Below are positions 1 through 12,821 of a DNA stretch of 64,000 nucleotides, piece after piece (the first letter of the stretch is position 1; each line of letters begins with the position of its first letter). The position numbers were made by a program, and so were the translations under genes. The notes beneath the pieces were generated by a model, which saw only the letters and a list, made by a program, of their open reading frames with translations, made no database searches and was not told where the DNA came from. This DNA comes from Patellaria atrata CBS 101060. Its lineage: Eukaryota. The stretch is from positions 1,550,001 through 1,614,000 of the forward strand of contig MU006091.1 of assembly GCA_010093705.1 (NCBI GenBank), in the 5' to 3' direction.

Positions 1-187
1 TTTCCAATCCAGCGAGATAGGACGATTCTTCTTTTAGTGATTCCGTATTTCATTCATGGTCATCATCAGTGATATAAAAGTCTCCTAACGTTTGTGGTGC
101 AGAAAAGGGGAAACCCCGCTCTCGCACTTCAGACGCAATTGATTTCATCGCGGGGTCAAACTTTTTTTTTCCAATATATCCAACAGA

Positions 188-1597
188 ATGCCAGAACAAC
201 AATTGATTATCCTTCTCGTAGGCAATGGGGGCAGAGAACATGCAATCGCCTGGAAGCTGTCTCAGTCCTCTCTCGTCACTAGAATTTACGTTGTTCCTGG
301 GAACGGAGGCACAGAAACTGTCCCGAAAACTCAGAATGTCACCTCCGTAAAGGCAGACGATTTTCCAGCTCTGGTGCAGTTTGCAAAGCAACTCGAAATA
401 AACCTTCTCGTGCCTGGGCCTGAGGCTCCACTGGTTGCTGGCATCGTCGACTACTTCAAGAAGCATGCGCCGGAAATCAGAGCGTTTGGGCCTTCAGAGG
501 CCGCGGCAAGAATGGAGGGCTCAAAGACTTTCTCGAAGGACTTCATGCAGCGACATTCCATCCCAACCGCCGAGTACCGCAACTTCAATAGCTATGAGAA
601 AGCGAAGGAATATCTCGATAGCGTGGCGCACAATGTGGTTATCAAGGCGAGTGGTCTTGCTGCAGGGAAAGGCGTTATCATACCCACTACAAAGAATGAA
701 GCACACGATGCGCTCAAAGAGATAATGCTAGAGAAGGAATTCGGTGATGCTGGCGATGAGGTTGTTATTGAAGAATTCCTAGAAGGGGACGAGTTGAGCA
801 TCTTGACCTTCAGCGATGGGACGACCGCCAGATCATTACCGCCCGCACAAGATCACAAGAGAATAGGAGAGAATGATACGGGACCAAATACAGGTGGTAT
901 GGGAACGTATGCTCCTGCGCCGAAGAGAATTGTGTCGGAGGAGATGATCGAGCAAATTCATAAAACCATACAACAGCCCTCGATTGACGGCATGCGAGAA
1001 GAGGGTAAGCACCCCATTCTAGTCTTATAATTGAAAACCGATTGCTTTTAACACGCATGTAGGATTTCCATTTACGGGTGTCCTTTTCACTGGCCTCATG
1101 ATGACCCCGTCTGGTCCCAAAGTCCTAGAATATAATGTCCGCTTCGGCGATCCCGAAACCCAGAGTCTCCTCGTCCTTCTTGAGTCCGACCTTGCAGAGT
1201 TGATGCTGGCTTGTACCTCTAATACCCTGAGCTCCTTCAGCTTGAAGGTATCCCCCCACTTTGCAGTCACTGTCGTCATGGCAGCAGGTGGCTATCCCGG
1301 GTCATATAAGAAGGGAACGCCGATACAAGTCCCTGACGCGCTCGAACCAAGTAAGTCTCCCTTCTTTTACAGCTCCTTGATCCGCGATACTAATATTATA
1401 TAGATACATGGCTTTTCGACGCGGGAACCATTATTAAAGGTGGCATCCTACAAACCTCGGGAGGCAGAGTCATCGCAGCGACAGCGGCTGCTGAATCCTT
1501 ACAACAGGCGCTTGACAAAGCTTACGCGCTCGTGAAGAGGGTCAAATTCGAGGGAATGCAGTATAGAACTGACATCGCCGCGAGAGCACTAAGATAA
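188..1597 (+). CDS. ADE5: Phosphoribosylamine-glycine ligase (GARS, PurD-like), monofunctional, 432 aa; exons 188-1004, 1063-1350, 1404-1597
   Basis: Motifs GNGGREHA, GPEAPL, KASGLAAGKGV, QDHKR, GPNTGGMG, LEYNVRFGDPETQ, GGRV and YRTDIA. Two GT-AG introns join the exons in frame; stop TAA at 1595-1597. Confidence 0.93.
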
Positions 1598-1668
1598 CTC
1601 TCCTCCTTTCCCTAAACGTTAGATGAGGCATTTTTGTGAGCGTTCAAAGTTTATGTACAATACCATTC

Positions 1669-1843
1669 TGCAGATTTATGGACCGTATCTTCTGATTTTA
1701 TATTCCCAGCGCCAATACAGGACCTCATGTTATGCCGGGCGTTAGATTCTCATTGCAGTTCTGAATAACCGCCTAATCCATCATGAGGTCCTGCATTGGC
1801 GCTGAGGATATAAAATCAGAAGGCCACGGTACATAAATCTGCA
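1669..1843. repeat. Imperfect inverted repeat, arms about 61 bp (1669-1729 and 1782-1843); MITE-like or hairpin
   Basis: tgcagatttatggaccgtatcttctgattttatattcccagcgccaatacaggacctcatg matches the reverse complement of 1782-1843 with a few mismatches. Confidence 0.9.
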
Positions 1844-1999
1844 CCAAAGCATCATACCACTGGGATAGAGCACTGAACTCATGTCATTCATCTTTGACCA
1901 AACTTTCTTATCCAAATTGGATTTTGTATATTAAATAAAGCTTACAGTACGTTATCATCAATCTCAAGGTTTCCTTCTCAATCCTGACCCTAATCACAT

Positions 2000-3164
2000 T
2001 CAGATCTTCGCCTTCTCCCTCAGCTCTACCTCTATCTTTTCCCTAACCTTCTCTATAGCCCCTTCATCCACATCCACCTTATCCCATGCAACCTTCGCCG
2101 CCAAATGCTCCGGCTTCGTTGGTACGTTGACCTTGTGGTGCTCGCACGTCACGTACACGATTTTACCATCTCGGCTGGTCATTTGCCCTTGAATCATGGC
2201 CATGGTGCGTCCGGCTTGGATGACGACCGACTTGATGCGGACAGTGACGTTGAGAGGGACGGGGCGAAGGTAGGAAAGGGAGAGTGTGCGAGTTACGCCT
2301 CCCATGAATCTGGTAGGAGATGTGTTATTACAAGGGAGGGGGGGGGGGGGGGGGGGGGTGATATGATAGACCACGAGCATGAAAAAGAAGGGGTCCAAGG
2401 GGTAGATAGTAGATGAACACAAAAATACTTACTCCCACTGACCCGGTTTCGCTAATGGACAGAGTGCCGTAGTCGTGCACATATCTTAATACCAAGAGGA
2501 CAATTAGTATCGATTTGTTTCTCATAGGCCAGCTTCCATCCCTATCTCGCGATCCGGTAGGATGGGAGATTGAAAGAAACTATTCTTGGTCCGACGTACC
2601 GAATATAACGCCTGCGGCGCCGCCATGCATCACGTCTAAGTGCACAATCTGGATCAGCGGGGTCCGGGCCGGGAAGCGGGTAGCGCAGAGGTTCATACAG
2701 AGCCGTTGCAGGGTAAAAGGTGTGGTGTTCTAGAAGGTTTGGGTTTGGGGTTTTGTACCGTTAAGGTTGGAGTAGTTTTGTGGAATGGTGAACTGATATT
2801 CGACCGTCCCTTTCGGAGAAGCATCGATCAGTTTGAGATTGTTCATGACATAGTTGTCGAAATCCTGTGGAGTGATAACAACTGTTAACTACTGCTGTAC
2901 TGCATGCGCCTTGAGTAGGCGCAAGATAGGATAATTCGACGTGGACGCACGATATGCCCAGCTTTTCGCTTTGATGCGAGGAGCTTGTATCTGGGTATCT
3001 TGTTTAGCTTTTCCTGGAACTGGAGAGTGATACAACGAATTAAAAGTGGGATATTACTGTGCAATTATAGTGGTCTAGTATATATCCGCAATTACACACC
3101 TATCAAACATAGCCTGGACGGCCGCCATTGCTTCCTCTCGGTCTCTAGCGGCATCCCGAGGCAT
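2000..3164 (-). CDS. PaaI/ACOT13-like hotdog-fold acyl-CoA thioesterase, multi-exon, with a PTS1-like C-terminus (-AKI)
   Basis: Spliced pieces read MPRDAARDREEAMAAVQAMFDR / YKLLASKRKAGHI / DFDNYVMNNLKLIDASPKGTVEYQFTIPQNYSNLN / VMHGGAAGVIF / DMCTTTALCP / GGVTRTLSLSYLRP...EHHKVN. The N..MHGG..D hotdog motif is present. Confidence 0.88.
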
Positions 3165-3752
3165 GATGGACAATTGCCTCGACGAAGAGCTGGAGGAATA
3201 ATTATGGGCGTAAAATAGTCTCGTTCTCCAGGCCGGAAGGAGGAACCTTTTTATCGAATTCATGTATGATAATGCACAAGACACGAAGTCGGAAGTCCGC
3301 TCCTCAGGGGCAGCAGCTGAATTACCTCAAATTGTCTCGGAACATCTGCAACAAGTACAAAGTGCATGTTAGGGCGTCGTCTACAGCGAGTGATGGTTCA
3401 AAGTCTCAGGAACCACGGAGTACTTTGCGCCGCTTGTCGATTGTGCACTGTTTCATCCTTAGGCTCACGGCTATTTTGCTGTTTCGCAGGTCAGGTACCC
3501 GCTACACCATAATATACAACTACTCTCCCTCTATCATGAAGCCACATGGGCCTATTAATACATTTTCTGGTGGTTGAATGGAAAGATATCTTCCGAATGT
3601 GACCGGTTGTTTTAATACTTCTGTTTCTCTCTTGCATCTTTTTCTTTTAGATGTCAACTGCGATCTGACGTAACTTGTTCAATACTTTTATTATTATCCT
3701 CACATTTGAGCCGGACGGTTGGACCTGGATATAGAATATTATTATCTTCAGT

Positions 3753-5246
3753 ATGGCGGTAGCAGTACCAGCAGCCACCAGGAAACAAGTCCTGCGAGTC
3801 CTCTTCATATCTTTACTTCTCGATCTGGTGTTTCCCCTGACGCCATTAGCACCCACCTTGCACTCCGACTAATAACTCTCCCAGATCTCCTTCACCTTCA
3901 TCCTCCCCCTCTTCCCCAAACTCCTCGAATTCTACCGCGACCATGAAGCAGCCCAGCTCTCCAGCTCCAACACCCTCCTCGCTCGCATCCTATCCGGCCT
4001 CAACAGCTACAAAAACTCCTTCGCCCGCCCCATCAATGACCGCTACGACATTGTGCTCCTCGGCGGGGCGCTCGGCTCCCTCTTCTCCCTCCTTCAGGCC
4101 ATCGCTTCTCCTGTCATAGGTAAGCTATCAGATAAATATGGGCGGAGAACTGCACTATTATGGAGTATGGCGGGGAACACCCTCTCAGTCGCGCTCTGGG
4201 TAGCAGCGACGGATTTCCGTACGTTTCTAGCGAGTAGAGTGGTGGGAGGTCTGAGTGAGGGCAACGTACAATTGGCTCTAGCTATAGCTACAGACATCAG
4301 CGATGAGAGCCAAAGAGGGGCGACGATGGCCATGGTAGGCGCATGCTTCAGCATCGCCTTCACCTTCGGCCCCGCGCTGGGCGCCTATCTATCCACCATC
4401 ACAACGGTAGCTGCGAATCCCTTCGCCACCGCCGCCGCCTTTTCCCTCTTCCTCATCCTCACCGAAACCTTATACCTCTACCTCAGCCTCCCCGAGACCC
4501 TCCCGCAGTCCAAGTCCACGACCGCGACAACAGGCCGCGCGAAGGGTCTAGGACGCAAACCGACGAATTCCCACGCCCTGCTGAACGTGACTCACTTCGC
4601 CTTCCTCTTCCTCTTCTCCGGCATCGAGTTCTCCCTCCCCTTCCTGACCTACGACCTCTTCGGTTTCTCCGCCCGCCGCACCGGCTCCCTCCTCGGCTTC
4701 ATCGGCCTCGTCGCCAGCCTCCTTCAGGGCGGCCTCGTCCGCCGTTTGCACCCTCTGCGCGTCGTCCAGGCCGGCGTGCTCAGCTGCACCGTCGGCTTTG
4801 CGTTGCTGGTCCAGGCGAGGACGCAGGGGATGCTGTATGCGGCGGCGACGTGTCTAGCCATCACGTCCGCGACGGTGGTGACGGGGTTGAATGGGTTGAG
4901 TAGTTTCGAGGCTGGGGAGGGCGAGAGGGGAGAGGTGTTGGGACGGGGAAGAAGTTTCGGTAAGAGACCCTTTATTTCTCGTTTTCCCCTACATTCGATC
5001 CCATATCACATCTTTCTCCGGCGTAAACCTGCTAACAAACCTTCCTCAGGCCAACTCGGTCGCTCCCTCGGCCCTCTCGTCTTCTGCTCCCTCTACTGGT
5101 GGGCCGGCCGCGAAACTGCCTACGCAATCGGTGGCACGGGCATGCTGGGCGTCTGCGCGCTCGTGCTCGCAGGGCTGAAAATGCCGCCAGCCACTGCGCC
5201 CACATCGAACGGGAAGTTGAATGGGAAGATGAGGGACGAGTTGTAG
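3753..5246 (+). CDS. MFS transporter, TetA/MFSD10-like; exons 3753-3827, 3885-4959, 5051-5246
   Basis: N-terminal SLLLDLISFTFILPLFP, motif A GKLSDKYGRR, GGLSEGNVQ, FTFGPALG and multiple hydrophobic helices. Two introns join in frame. Confidence 0.9.
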
Positions 5247-5687
5247 AGAGTGATTGGATAGCTGGGTTGTAGTATATACATATAAGGAGTTGAGGTTAGA
5301 TTCAATATAGCAAATCCACGACGAGTTCGAGGATATATGTATAACTGTGGATAGTGAGGTCAAAGTCGTATGTTCGAATTTCTGGGGATGCGCTCATCCA
5401 CTGTCTGCATGCATGCTATCTATCACACTTGTACATCTCGCTCAATATGCTCACGCTAGCCCGTGGCTCGACCCGCGAAAAGAAACAGGCCTAGCTATGG
5501 TATGCACCCGTAACCGACGTCGACCATGCGAACGCCGGCATACACTATCATCAAAACTAAATCCCGGGGCATAAACACCACATAAACCCCCCACAGAAGC
5601 GACTACAAGAAAGGTATACGGCCCCACCAACTCCTAAAACCCCCACAGACGGAAAAACAGGGCAGAGAAACCTGCAGAAAGATACTC

Positions 5688-5720
5688 TCACATCACGACA
5701 CATTTATCCTTCCCACCTCC

Positions 5721-5754
<34 letters not shown>

Positions 5755-8588
5755 ACCTGACCTCGCCCCTGAGGCCCCATCCCCTGGCCACTCCCCGCCG
5801 TTCCCCTCCGCGGCAACGGCACCCTCGGCGGGACCCCAGACTGCGGCCGCCACCCCATTTCCGGTCCTCCACGACGAAACTGCCGATCCGCGTATCCCGG
5901 ACTGTAGGGGCTAGCAGGTGGAGACGCGGTCGCGGCCGCATACGTCGGCGGGGGGGCATCATCGCGAGCGGGATTGGCGGTAGCGGGGCCAGGGAGGTTT
6001 GAGCGGCGCGGGGGGATGTGGGGACGCGGCTCCTGTCCCTGCGGGCGGGGAGGCGCGGACGAGGCGAGGTATTGCTCGCTCAGGTGGGATTCCTGGCGGC
6101 GACGGGACTCCTGCGCGCGGAGGGCGCGGTCGTCTTCTTCTTCCTGCAGCTGCAGGGCCAGCGCGAGGTCGTGGTCCTCCTGTTCCGTACGGGATTGTTG
6201 TACGGCTGCGGAGGAGGACTGGCGGACGGTGGAGGAGGGGGGCGGGGTGTGCTGAGAGCGGCGGGGAGGGACGGTTTGCCAGCCGGAGTCGTCGTCGAGG
6301 AGGGAGCGGAGGGGAGGGTGACCCTGTGCTGGGGCCGTATCGGCGGGGTCAGCGTGGCTGACGGGGCGGAAGTCGCCGCTGTACAGCTCGCTGCCGCGGC
6401 CGGAAACGTCCACAAGGCTCTCCCAGACGATCTCGTCGTGGGTGCTGTACCCGGCGTCTGTCACAAGGGTGAGCAATTGCTCGGAGCGCGGTTCCTTGTA
6501 CAATGTGGAGAAATGGTCATTTCGGAACAGGATGGCGAATTCACCAGGCTTCAGGTTGGTCGCGATGATATCGAGGCCGTGATCAGATAACTGGGTGGGC
6601 CATAAGGCCAGAAACTGCTTGATAGCAGTGAGGTCTTCGTACAGGGTCTGCTCTTGTGGTGTGAGCCCATTCGCACGCAATTTTCCTTCCAACTCTTCTT
6701 CGCCAAAGAGGATATTCTGTGTATCCTCATATGTTTTTGCGCTTCTTTCAAACGCTTCGTATGCTCGCGACTTCGACTTTGGGAGCCACCCGTGAATTAA
6801 CGGTACGCCAAATGTACTGTAGAGCTTCATCTCGAAAGTCTGTTCGAAACCACCGGGTTTCTGGCGACCGTTGAAGATTGGACGTGTCAGTTTATCGTTG
6901 TCTGTATCCGTACCATCTGATGCTACGAAACGAGGGTTGACGTTCATCCCTGTGTGAAGCGTTATGAGGAACTTGTATAGTTCGCTCATGTCTGGTATAT
7001 CTTCCGTGGTGGTTCCATGCTGTCGAGAGACTAACTCATCGGATACTGCATCTAAAAGAAGGCCAAGACTGACTTGCTCTCGGGTCCTTAATGTGTCGAT
7101 GAGAGCTGTTTCTATACCGACTGGTGTAGTGAGAACTAGGACGTTCACTAATGCCACTAGAGGGCATGGACCGTTCGCACTTTGGGTGAGAATGGGAGAT
7201 GGGCGGATACCTCGTTTTACAGAATCATACCAGCGGATGTGTTTGATTTGATAATGTTCTTTGCGTTGACGTGCAACTCGAGCATTTGGAGTTTCTACCT
7301 CTGAACGAGTAGTTAATGACGCTGCTTCGTTGACATTTAGTTGAGGTCGGGGAGGTTTCGGCGGTGCTTGTTCCTCTTGAGACCTCCTTGGAGGTAGTTT
7401 TGGTGGCTGATCTTCCAGTGAAATGGTGTGAAGCATTGCAGCTGTTCTAGCGGTTTCTTCACCTCTATGCCACTCTTCCTCGGCTCGTCTTTCAGCTTCT
7501 TCAACTTTAGCACGTTCGGCAGCAGCATGAGCTTCTTCAACTTTGCGAACTCGTTCAGAGCGTTCCCACTCGCGTTGCTCATCCCAAGAAAGGGGAGGTG
7601 GAGTGCGTTGATGGTCAGAAGGAAGACCGTGAGCTCTAGAAGTGAACGCGTCTAAAGATGAGACGTCCATGCCTGGATTCCATTCACTTGATGCGTTGGA
7701 GTCATGTCTTTCTTCATGATGTGGGTTATTCTGTTCTGTGGAGGTGGGAATAAGAGGTGGTTGGTTAGAGGAAGAAGTCGGGGCATCAAGATTGCTATTG
7801 TTGAGAGACATATTTGAGGTCTGCTCGACTGGCGTTCTTTCAGAGGGTAATTCTGCCGGATGGGATTGAAAGTTCGAATGAAACTGAGAATGTGACTGTG
7901 ATTGAGGAGCAGACTGATACTGAGAACTGAAATCCGTCCGTTGATGCTGAGGTTGAGAAGCTGTAGGAACGTCTCCCCAGATAGATGCAGAACTTTCGCC
8001 TCCGAAATAAGAAGATTGACCGGTATTTTGCACGCGTAGATAAGGATTGTGCGATCTCAAGGGCACATTAGAACTCTCATGGGGGGATGTGCCAAGGGGT
8101 ACATAGATGCCTCCGTCACTTGCCAGACTCTCCTGTAATCTTTTCAAGGCAGGAGCGCCCCCAGGGGGTCCAACTCTTAGTGCCGACGGTATTTGTTCCG
8201 CCTCTCTCTCTCTCCCCTGTCTAGGTGCCTGTATGCCCCCAACTTTCAGCGGTGCCGGGAGGTCTTTTATATCGCGAGCTAGAGAGGGAGCTTTATGTAG
8301 TTCTTCATCATCCGAATCTTCCCAGTCTGACCCAGAATTTATTGAATGCATGTCGGATTCCGGTCGAGGAGAGTGGAGTTCATTCCGTATGGACGTAAGG
8401 GTAAAATTTGAGCCCGTCGACGTAGTAGGGGGGGGTATGGATTGTGGATTTTGCTCCCCATTGTTTGTATTCGGTATACTCGCTGAAAACATGGTGGGTT
8501 CTGTTGGATATGGTGGATCGTTTGCGGCTCGCGATAGGGGAGGAGGGACAAGGTCACCTGTATCACCACCTGGCCGTCGTATAGTCAT
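5688..8588 (-). CDS. MINDY-family (DUF544/FAM63) deubiquitinase with MIU motif and C-terminal CaaX
   Basis: Catalytic QSANGPCPL, GMNVNPRF, HGWLP and FRNDHFSTL motifs; MIU-like DHDLALALQLQEEE; ends in KCVVM. Single 966-aa ORF. Confidence 0.92.
5721..5755. repeat. CAG/CAA microsatellite encoding polyQ near the MINDY C-terminus
   Basis: A (ctg/ttg)n run on the + strand. Confidence 0.85.
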
Positions 8589-9543
8589 TTCACCTCTCCT
8601 TCGGTATAATTGTCGTCCACTCGAAGTATTTAGAGGTTTAGACAGATAACTTCGAGGTCTACGGGAGAGTACGAATCAAGCTACGCGTACAATAGCATTC
8701 GGACCAGGGTGACTACAGCCATACACAAGCACCTGCTGAAAGTATAGAAGGACGGACGAAGATTATAGGTAGGAGCACAGAGGAGCACGAGGCGGAATTG
8801 GGACTACGGTAGACTTATGTACGGTTGAATTGAGGCTCTTAAGAGCTTGCGCGGCATGTTCTCGTAAAGCTAGGCCGCTTGGTGTGTAGGAAAGTAGTTA
8901 CAGCAAGGTATGCAAGTGAAGTGCAGGCGACTTGTTATGTGATTAAGGATGACGAAAGCACCGGCGAGCGGCGATAGTACAAGTATGCACAGCCACCAGT
9001 TTCTTGTCCTTCTCCACGGCAGGTAAGGTAAGCAGGGCACAGGTAAGGGTCGGGTAGTCCTAGCCACCATAGCCACACGTCAAGGGGGAACATTTCCCGG
9101 GTAGTACCGTCGGCATCCCGAATCCCCCGTTTACCCCAGAGTGCACGAGCCCGACAGCTACAAACGGAACATCAATCGAAAGCTTCATGGAAATTTAAAC
9201 TGAGACTTCAGAACTGCAACTTTCTTGAACCGAAAAACTTTCCTTGACAACTTCCATTCTGAATTACTGCTATATGAGCAGTTACTTCTGAAGCGAGCCT
9301 TTCTTTACTTCTTCTTCTATCCGTCGTCAAATTCAATTCGTAGAACTAGTTCTACGAGATACGGTGTTTTCAGAAAATTTCGAAATCAACAGATATCTAG
9401 TCACAACATCAACCTAAGTTCATCAGTACCCAGAACTACACAACGAGTTTGTTTTTCTAATTTCTTGTCCTGAGAGAACCTTGTCCCTTTACTGCATACC
9501 CAGCTTCTCGAAATCCTTTTGTTTTTCATATCCGTCGACAGCT

Positions 9544-11395
9544 ATGCCGTCAGAGTGGCATTCACATGTCCGCCCAGACACGCACGTCGTGTTGGAACTA
9601 TCCTCGGGAGTATTGAAGATTGTTGAGATTATCCTAAATACGTATGTGGAGTATTAGAATTGTGCAGTGAGCACTCACAAATTTATTCTGTGGTGCACTT
9701 AGACCTATCAGAACTGACGTATCTCGCAGAAACATTTCGATAGCAAAATTTGGCACATTCCCTACCGATGCTCTAGTAGGTCGTCCATTCCATCTGACGT
9801 ATGAAATTACGGACCGAACAGACCTGGATGGTCGGCCATTGCTACGTATAGTACCGATCGAGGAACTCAACTCTGAGCAATTTGGACAAGAAGAACCTGA
9901 ATCTTCCACACGGGCTTCTCGCGCAGAGTCAGGAGCAGATGACGGCGATGCGAAGATTGACTTCACCGGATCCAACGAAAATTCCGCGATGAAAGACAAT
10001 CGCTTCACGGTTGATGACTCATCCCGTCAAACACTCTCTATGAGTGAAATCGAGGAGTTAAAGAAGACCGATACTGGTTCTGGCAAATATATCGTCACAA
10101 AGATTTTGGCCTCTCACAAGTATCTCGATGAAAAGTCCCAATTCTCTCTAGCGAAGTACGCTCTTCGTAAGGTCAAAAAGTACCTCAAGAGATTCACAGT
10201 CCGCCCCATAGACGTAACAATGTTGACACAAGTCATACGCGAAAGGTACTCGAAGAAAATTATGCACCTGAGGCCTGAGCACCTGGGACTTCTCACAAGT
10301 ATGGTCGATGTTCACTTCAGCGAGCCCACTGAATCCACCTTTGACCACTCGAATCATACCACGGGTCCCGGACGATGGTTGGCGGTTGATGAAACAGGCG
10401 GTCTCCTAGTCGCTGCGATGGCCGAGAAGATGGGTATACTCTATCCAACCGAAGACGACACATACGAAGGGGAGAGTGACAATACTGAAGAGAAAGAGTC
10501 GAACGATCCCGCACTAGTTGAACCTTGCTCAAACTCAATTAATCAACCTCCAGCACAGGACGATGCCACCTCAATGGCATCTAAACGTAAATCACGCGCC
10601 TCCCTCCGCAGACAAATCCCCGCCATGTCCGCATCAACCAACACAATTACCTTGATCAACCCCAATATCCAATCAAAGTTGCACCTCCTTAAACACTTTA
10701 ACTTCGACCAAGACGACCCCGACCCCCTTCACCCCCTTTACACCCACCTCAAGACCTTATCCTGGATCCAACTCCTACACACCTATGCCGACCGTCCTGA
10801 AGCTACACCCGAGCAACTAGACGCCTGGACAAGCACTCAGCGCGGAAGCTACTATAGGAAGCTCCGCCGCTGGGAGCTTGTCAAATCCGTCGTCGACGAC
10901 ACCCGCAGCGGCGGCTTCGACGGCATCATCCTCGCCACCCCCATGGAGCCCCAGTCCATCCTCAAGCACACCCTCCCCCTTTTACGCGGCGGCGCCCAAG
11001 TCGTCGTCTATTGGCCGCACGTCGAACCTCTATCCCAGCTCCACGACCTCTTCTCTCGCGAACGCAAGAGCGCCTTCGCAGACCGCTACTACCAGGACCC
11101 AGACAGTATCAACGAGGTCGACTTCCCCCTCAACCCGCTGCACGTCCTCAATATCCGACTTCAGGTGCTTCGTGCGAGGCAGTGGCAGGTCCTCGAGGGC
11201 CGTACGCACCCGATGATGACGGCGAAGGGTGGGCCCGAGGGCTGTGTTTTCGCGGGAATCCGTGTGATCCCCTCCGCCACGAAGGTGGAGGCGAAGGGGA
11301 GGTTCCCCAAGAAGAGGAAGAAGGAGCCTTCCCTCGAGGAGATAGAGCAGGCGGAGAAGCGCCTGAAAGGTGCGGAGATTTCATATCAAAATTGA
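9544..11395 (+). CDS. TRM6: tRNA (adenine(58)-N1)-methyltransferase non-catalytic subunit; one intron at about 9642-9729
   Basis: AKFGTFP...GRPFHLTYEI, DDSSRQTLSMSEIEELKK, KSQFSLAKY, DETGGLLVAAMAEKMG and RQWQVLEGRTHPMMT, typical of Gcd10/Trm6. Confidence 0.93.
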
Positions 11396-11549
11396 TCGAG
11401 AGGTTATCATACCCGATCTTGTATAGTAGATTAGTTTGCGATGAAATGATATCGTCCATTGCCCCCTTTAGATCTCGCACTGTGTTCGTCGTGATGATGT
11501 GATGGTCTGTACCGTGAGTTTCCCTGTGGGAGCATAACCATACTGGTTG

Positions 11550-11820
11550 ATAGTGGACCTATATATCCTGTTCCAATTCCTCCAAGGCGCCCACCCATAA
11601 GTACCTTACGCATTCCATCCCTAACCCCCATCCATTATCTAGAGGAAGTCAGAGATGTTGCGATATCCGTACTTGAGTTTTCCCGTTGCCAGCATCCCCG
11701 TCCAGTAAATAGTGAACCTATATATTCAATACCGATTCCCCCAAAACGCCCCACCCACAATCACCTCACCCATTCCATTCCAAGCCCCATCCACCATTCA
11801 CAGGAAGCCGGACGATTTCC
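11550..11820. repeat. Degenerate direct duplication with a 159-bp offset
   Basis: atagtggacctatatatcctgttccaattcctccaagg at 11550 versus atagtgaacctatatattcaataccgattcccccaaaa at 11709; similarity continues to ...aggaag. Confidence 0.7.
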
Positions 11821-12587
11821 ATCAGACGCAGACCTAAGGCTAGGTAATATATATCCCACCTAAAGATTTGACACAGAGCGGTCATACCCATTCAGCCAAC
11901 GAAAACCACACAAGGAATACACAACAGCCCACGGCGGAATTCTAAGGACAGCGACCGGGGGGGGGGGAATATCTCCCACCTAGATCCATCAGCGTGAGTG
12001 CAAGCAATACATAGGTCTTCACCGACAAGATGAAGCCGAGTAGTATATAAAAGTCTTTCTGTTTGCTTCCTATCTACATTACTTACACGCTAGGTTGGGG
12101 ATACCGCAGAAGGTTTCGTACGCCCTATGTACAGTATAGCATCGTGCACTTCCATTGTCTCCCAATACGTCCGCGATATTTATATTCTTACAATATGCCT
12201 GTGCCATACTCTCTCCGGTCCTGATATCTGCTGTCTCCAGAAGGTATGACTCGACTGTATACCAAACGAGATTGCGTACAAGGGATTGTATCTCTTCAGA
12301 AAGCAGGGTTTGGGTGTTTTCTCCGGTGATGGGTGAGCTCGAAATACGGTCCGATAGGCCGGTTACTCCCTCTCCGCCGGCGACTCTTTGTTCACATCCC
12401 CACATTCCTTTGTCCGTATCGGTGTCGTGCATCCCTACCAGCACAGCCAATAACAATATCGAACAGCCAAGGTCCACTCCCCACACAACCTTATTCCTCT
12501 CCTTCCATCCATTACCACGTAGACCCCTCTCGTATTACACATTATTACTGTCCATCACTTTTCACTTCGATCGTCTATGTCGTGCAC

Positions 12588-12821
12588 TTAATCATTACAA
12601 TCGACATCGCTCTCCGTCACCGTGACTCGGACACCCGCGCCGTTGTGGTCGGGTAGGCTGGGGTTCGAGAGCACGGAGGAGACGGAGGAGGTACGTCTGT
12701 ATTGGGGTTGGGAGGAGGGAGTTGAGGGGTCGAGTGCTGAGCAGGAGGGCTCGAAGGGGAAGACGAGGGTTTGGAGACCGCGGAGGTTGGGAATGAAGAT
12801 GTTTTGTGGTTGGGAGTCCAT
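12588..12821 (-). CDS. Small hypothetical Ser/Pro-rich protein, 77 aa (MDSQPQNIFIPNLRGLQ...)
   Basis: ATG in CACAATGG context, preceded by a C/A-rich leader and a TATA-like tatatagaatatata at about 12955-12970. Codons are C-rich at third positions. Confidence 0.55.
   Translation of the reverse strand: MDSQPQNIFIPNLRGLQTLVFPFEPSCSALDPSTPSSQPQYRRTSSVSSVLSNPSLPDHNGAGVRVTVTESDVDCND

Noticed and set aside
5693..6590. Many overlapping Arg/Gly/Ala-rich ORFs
   Set aside because: Shadow frames of the GC-rich MINDY 3' region, with no independent signals.
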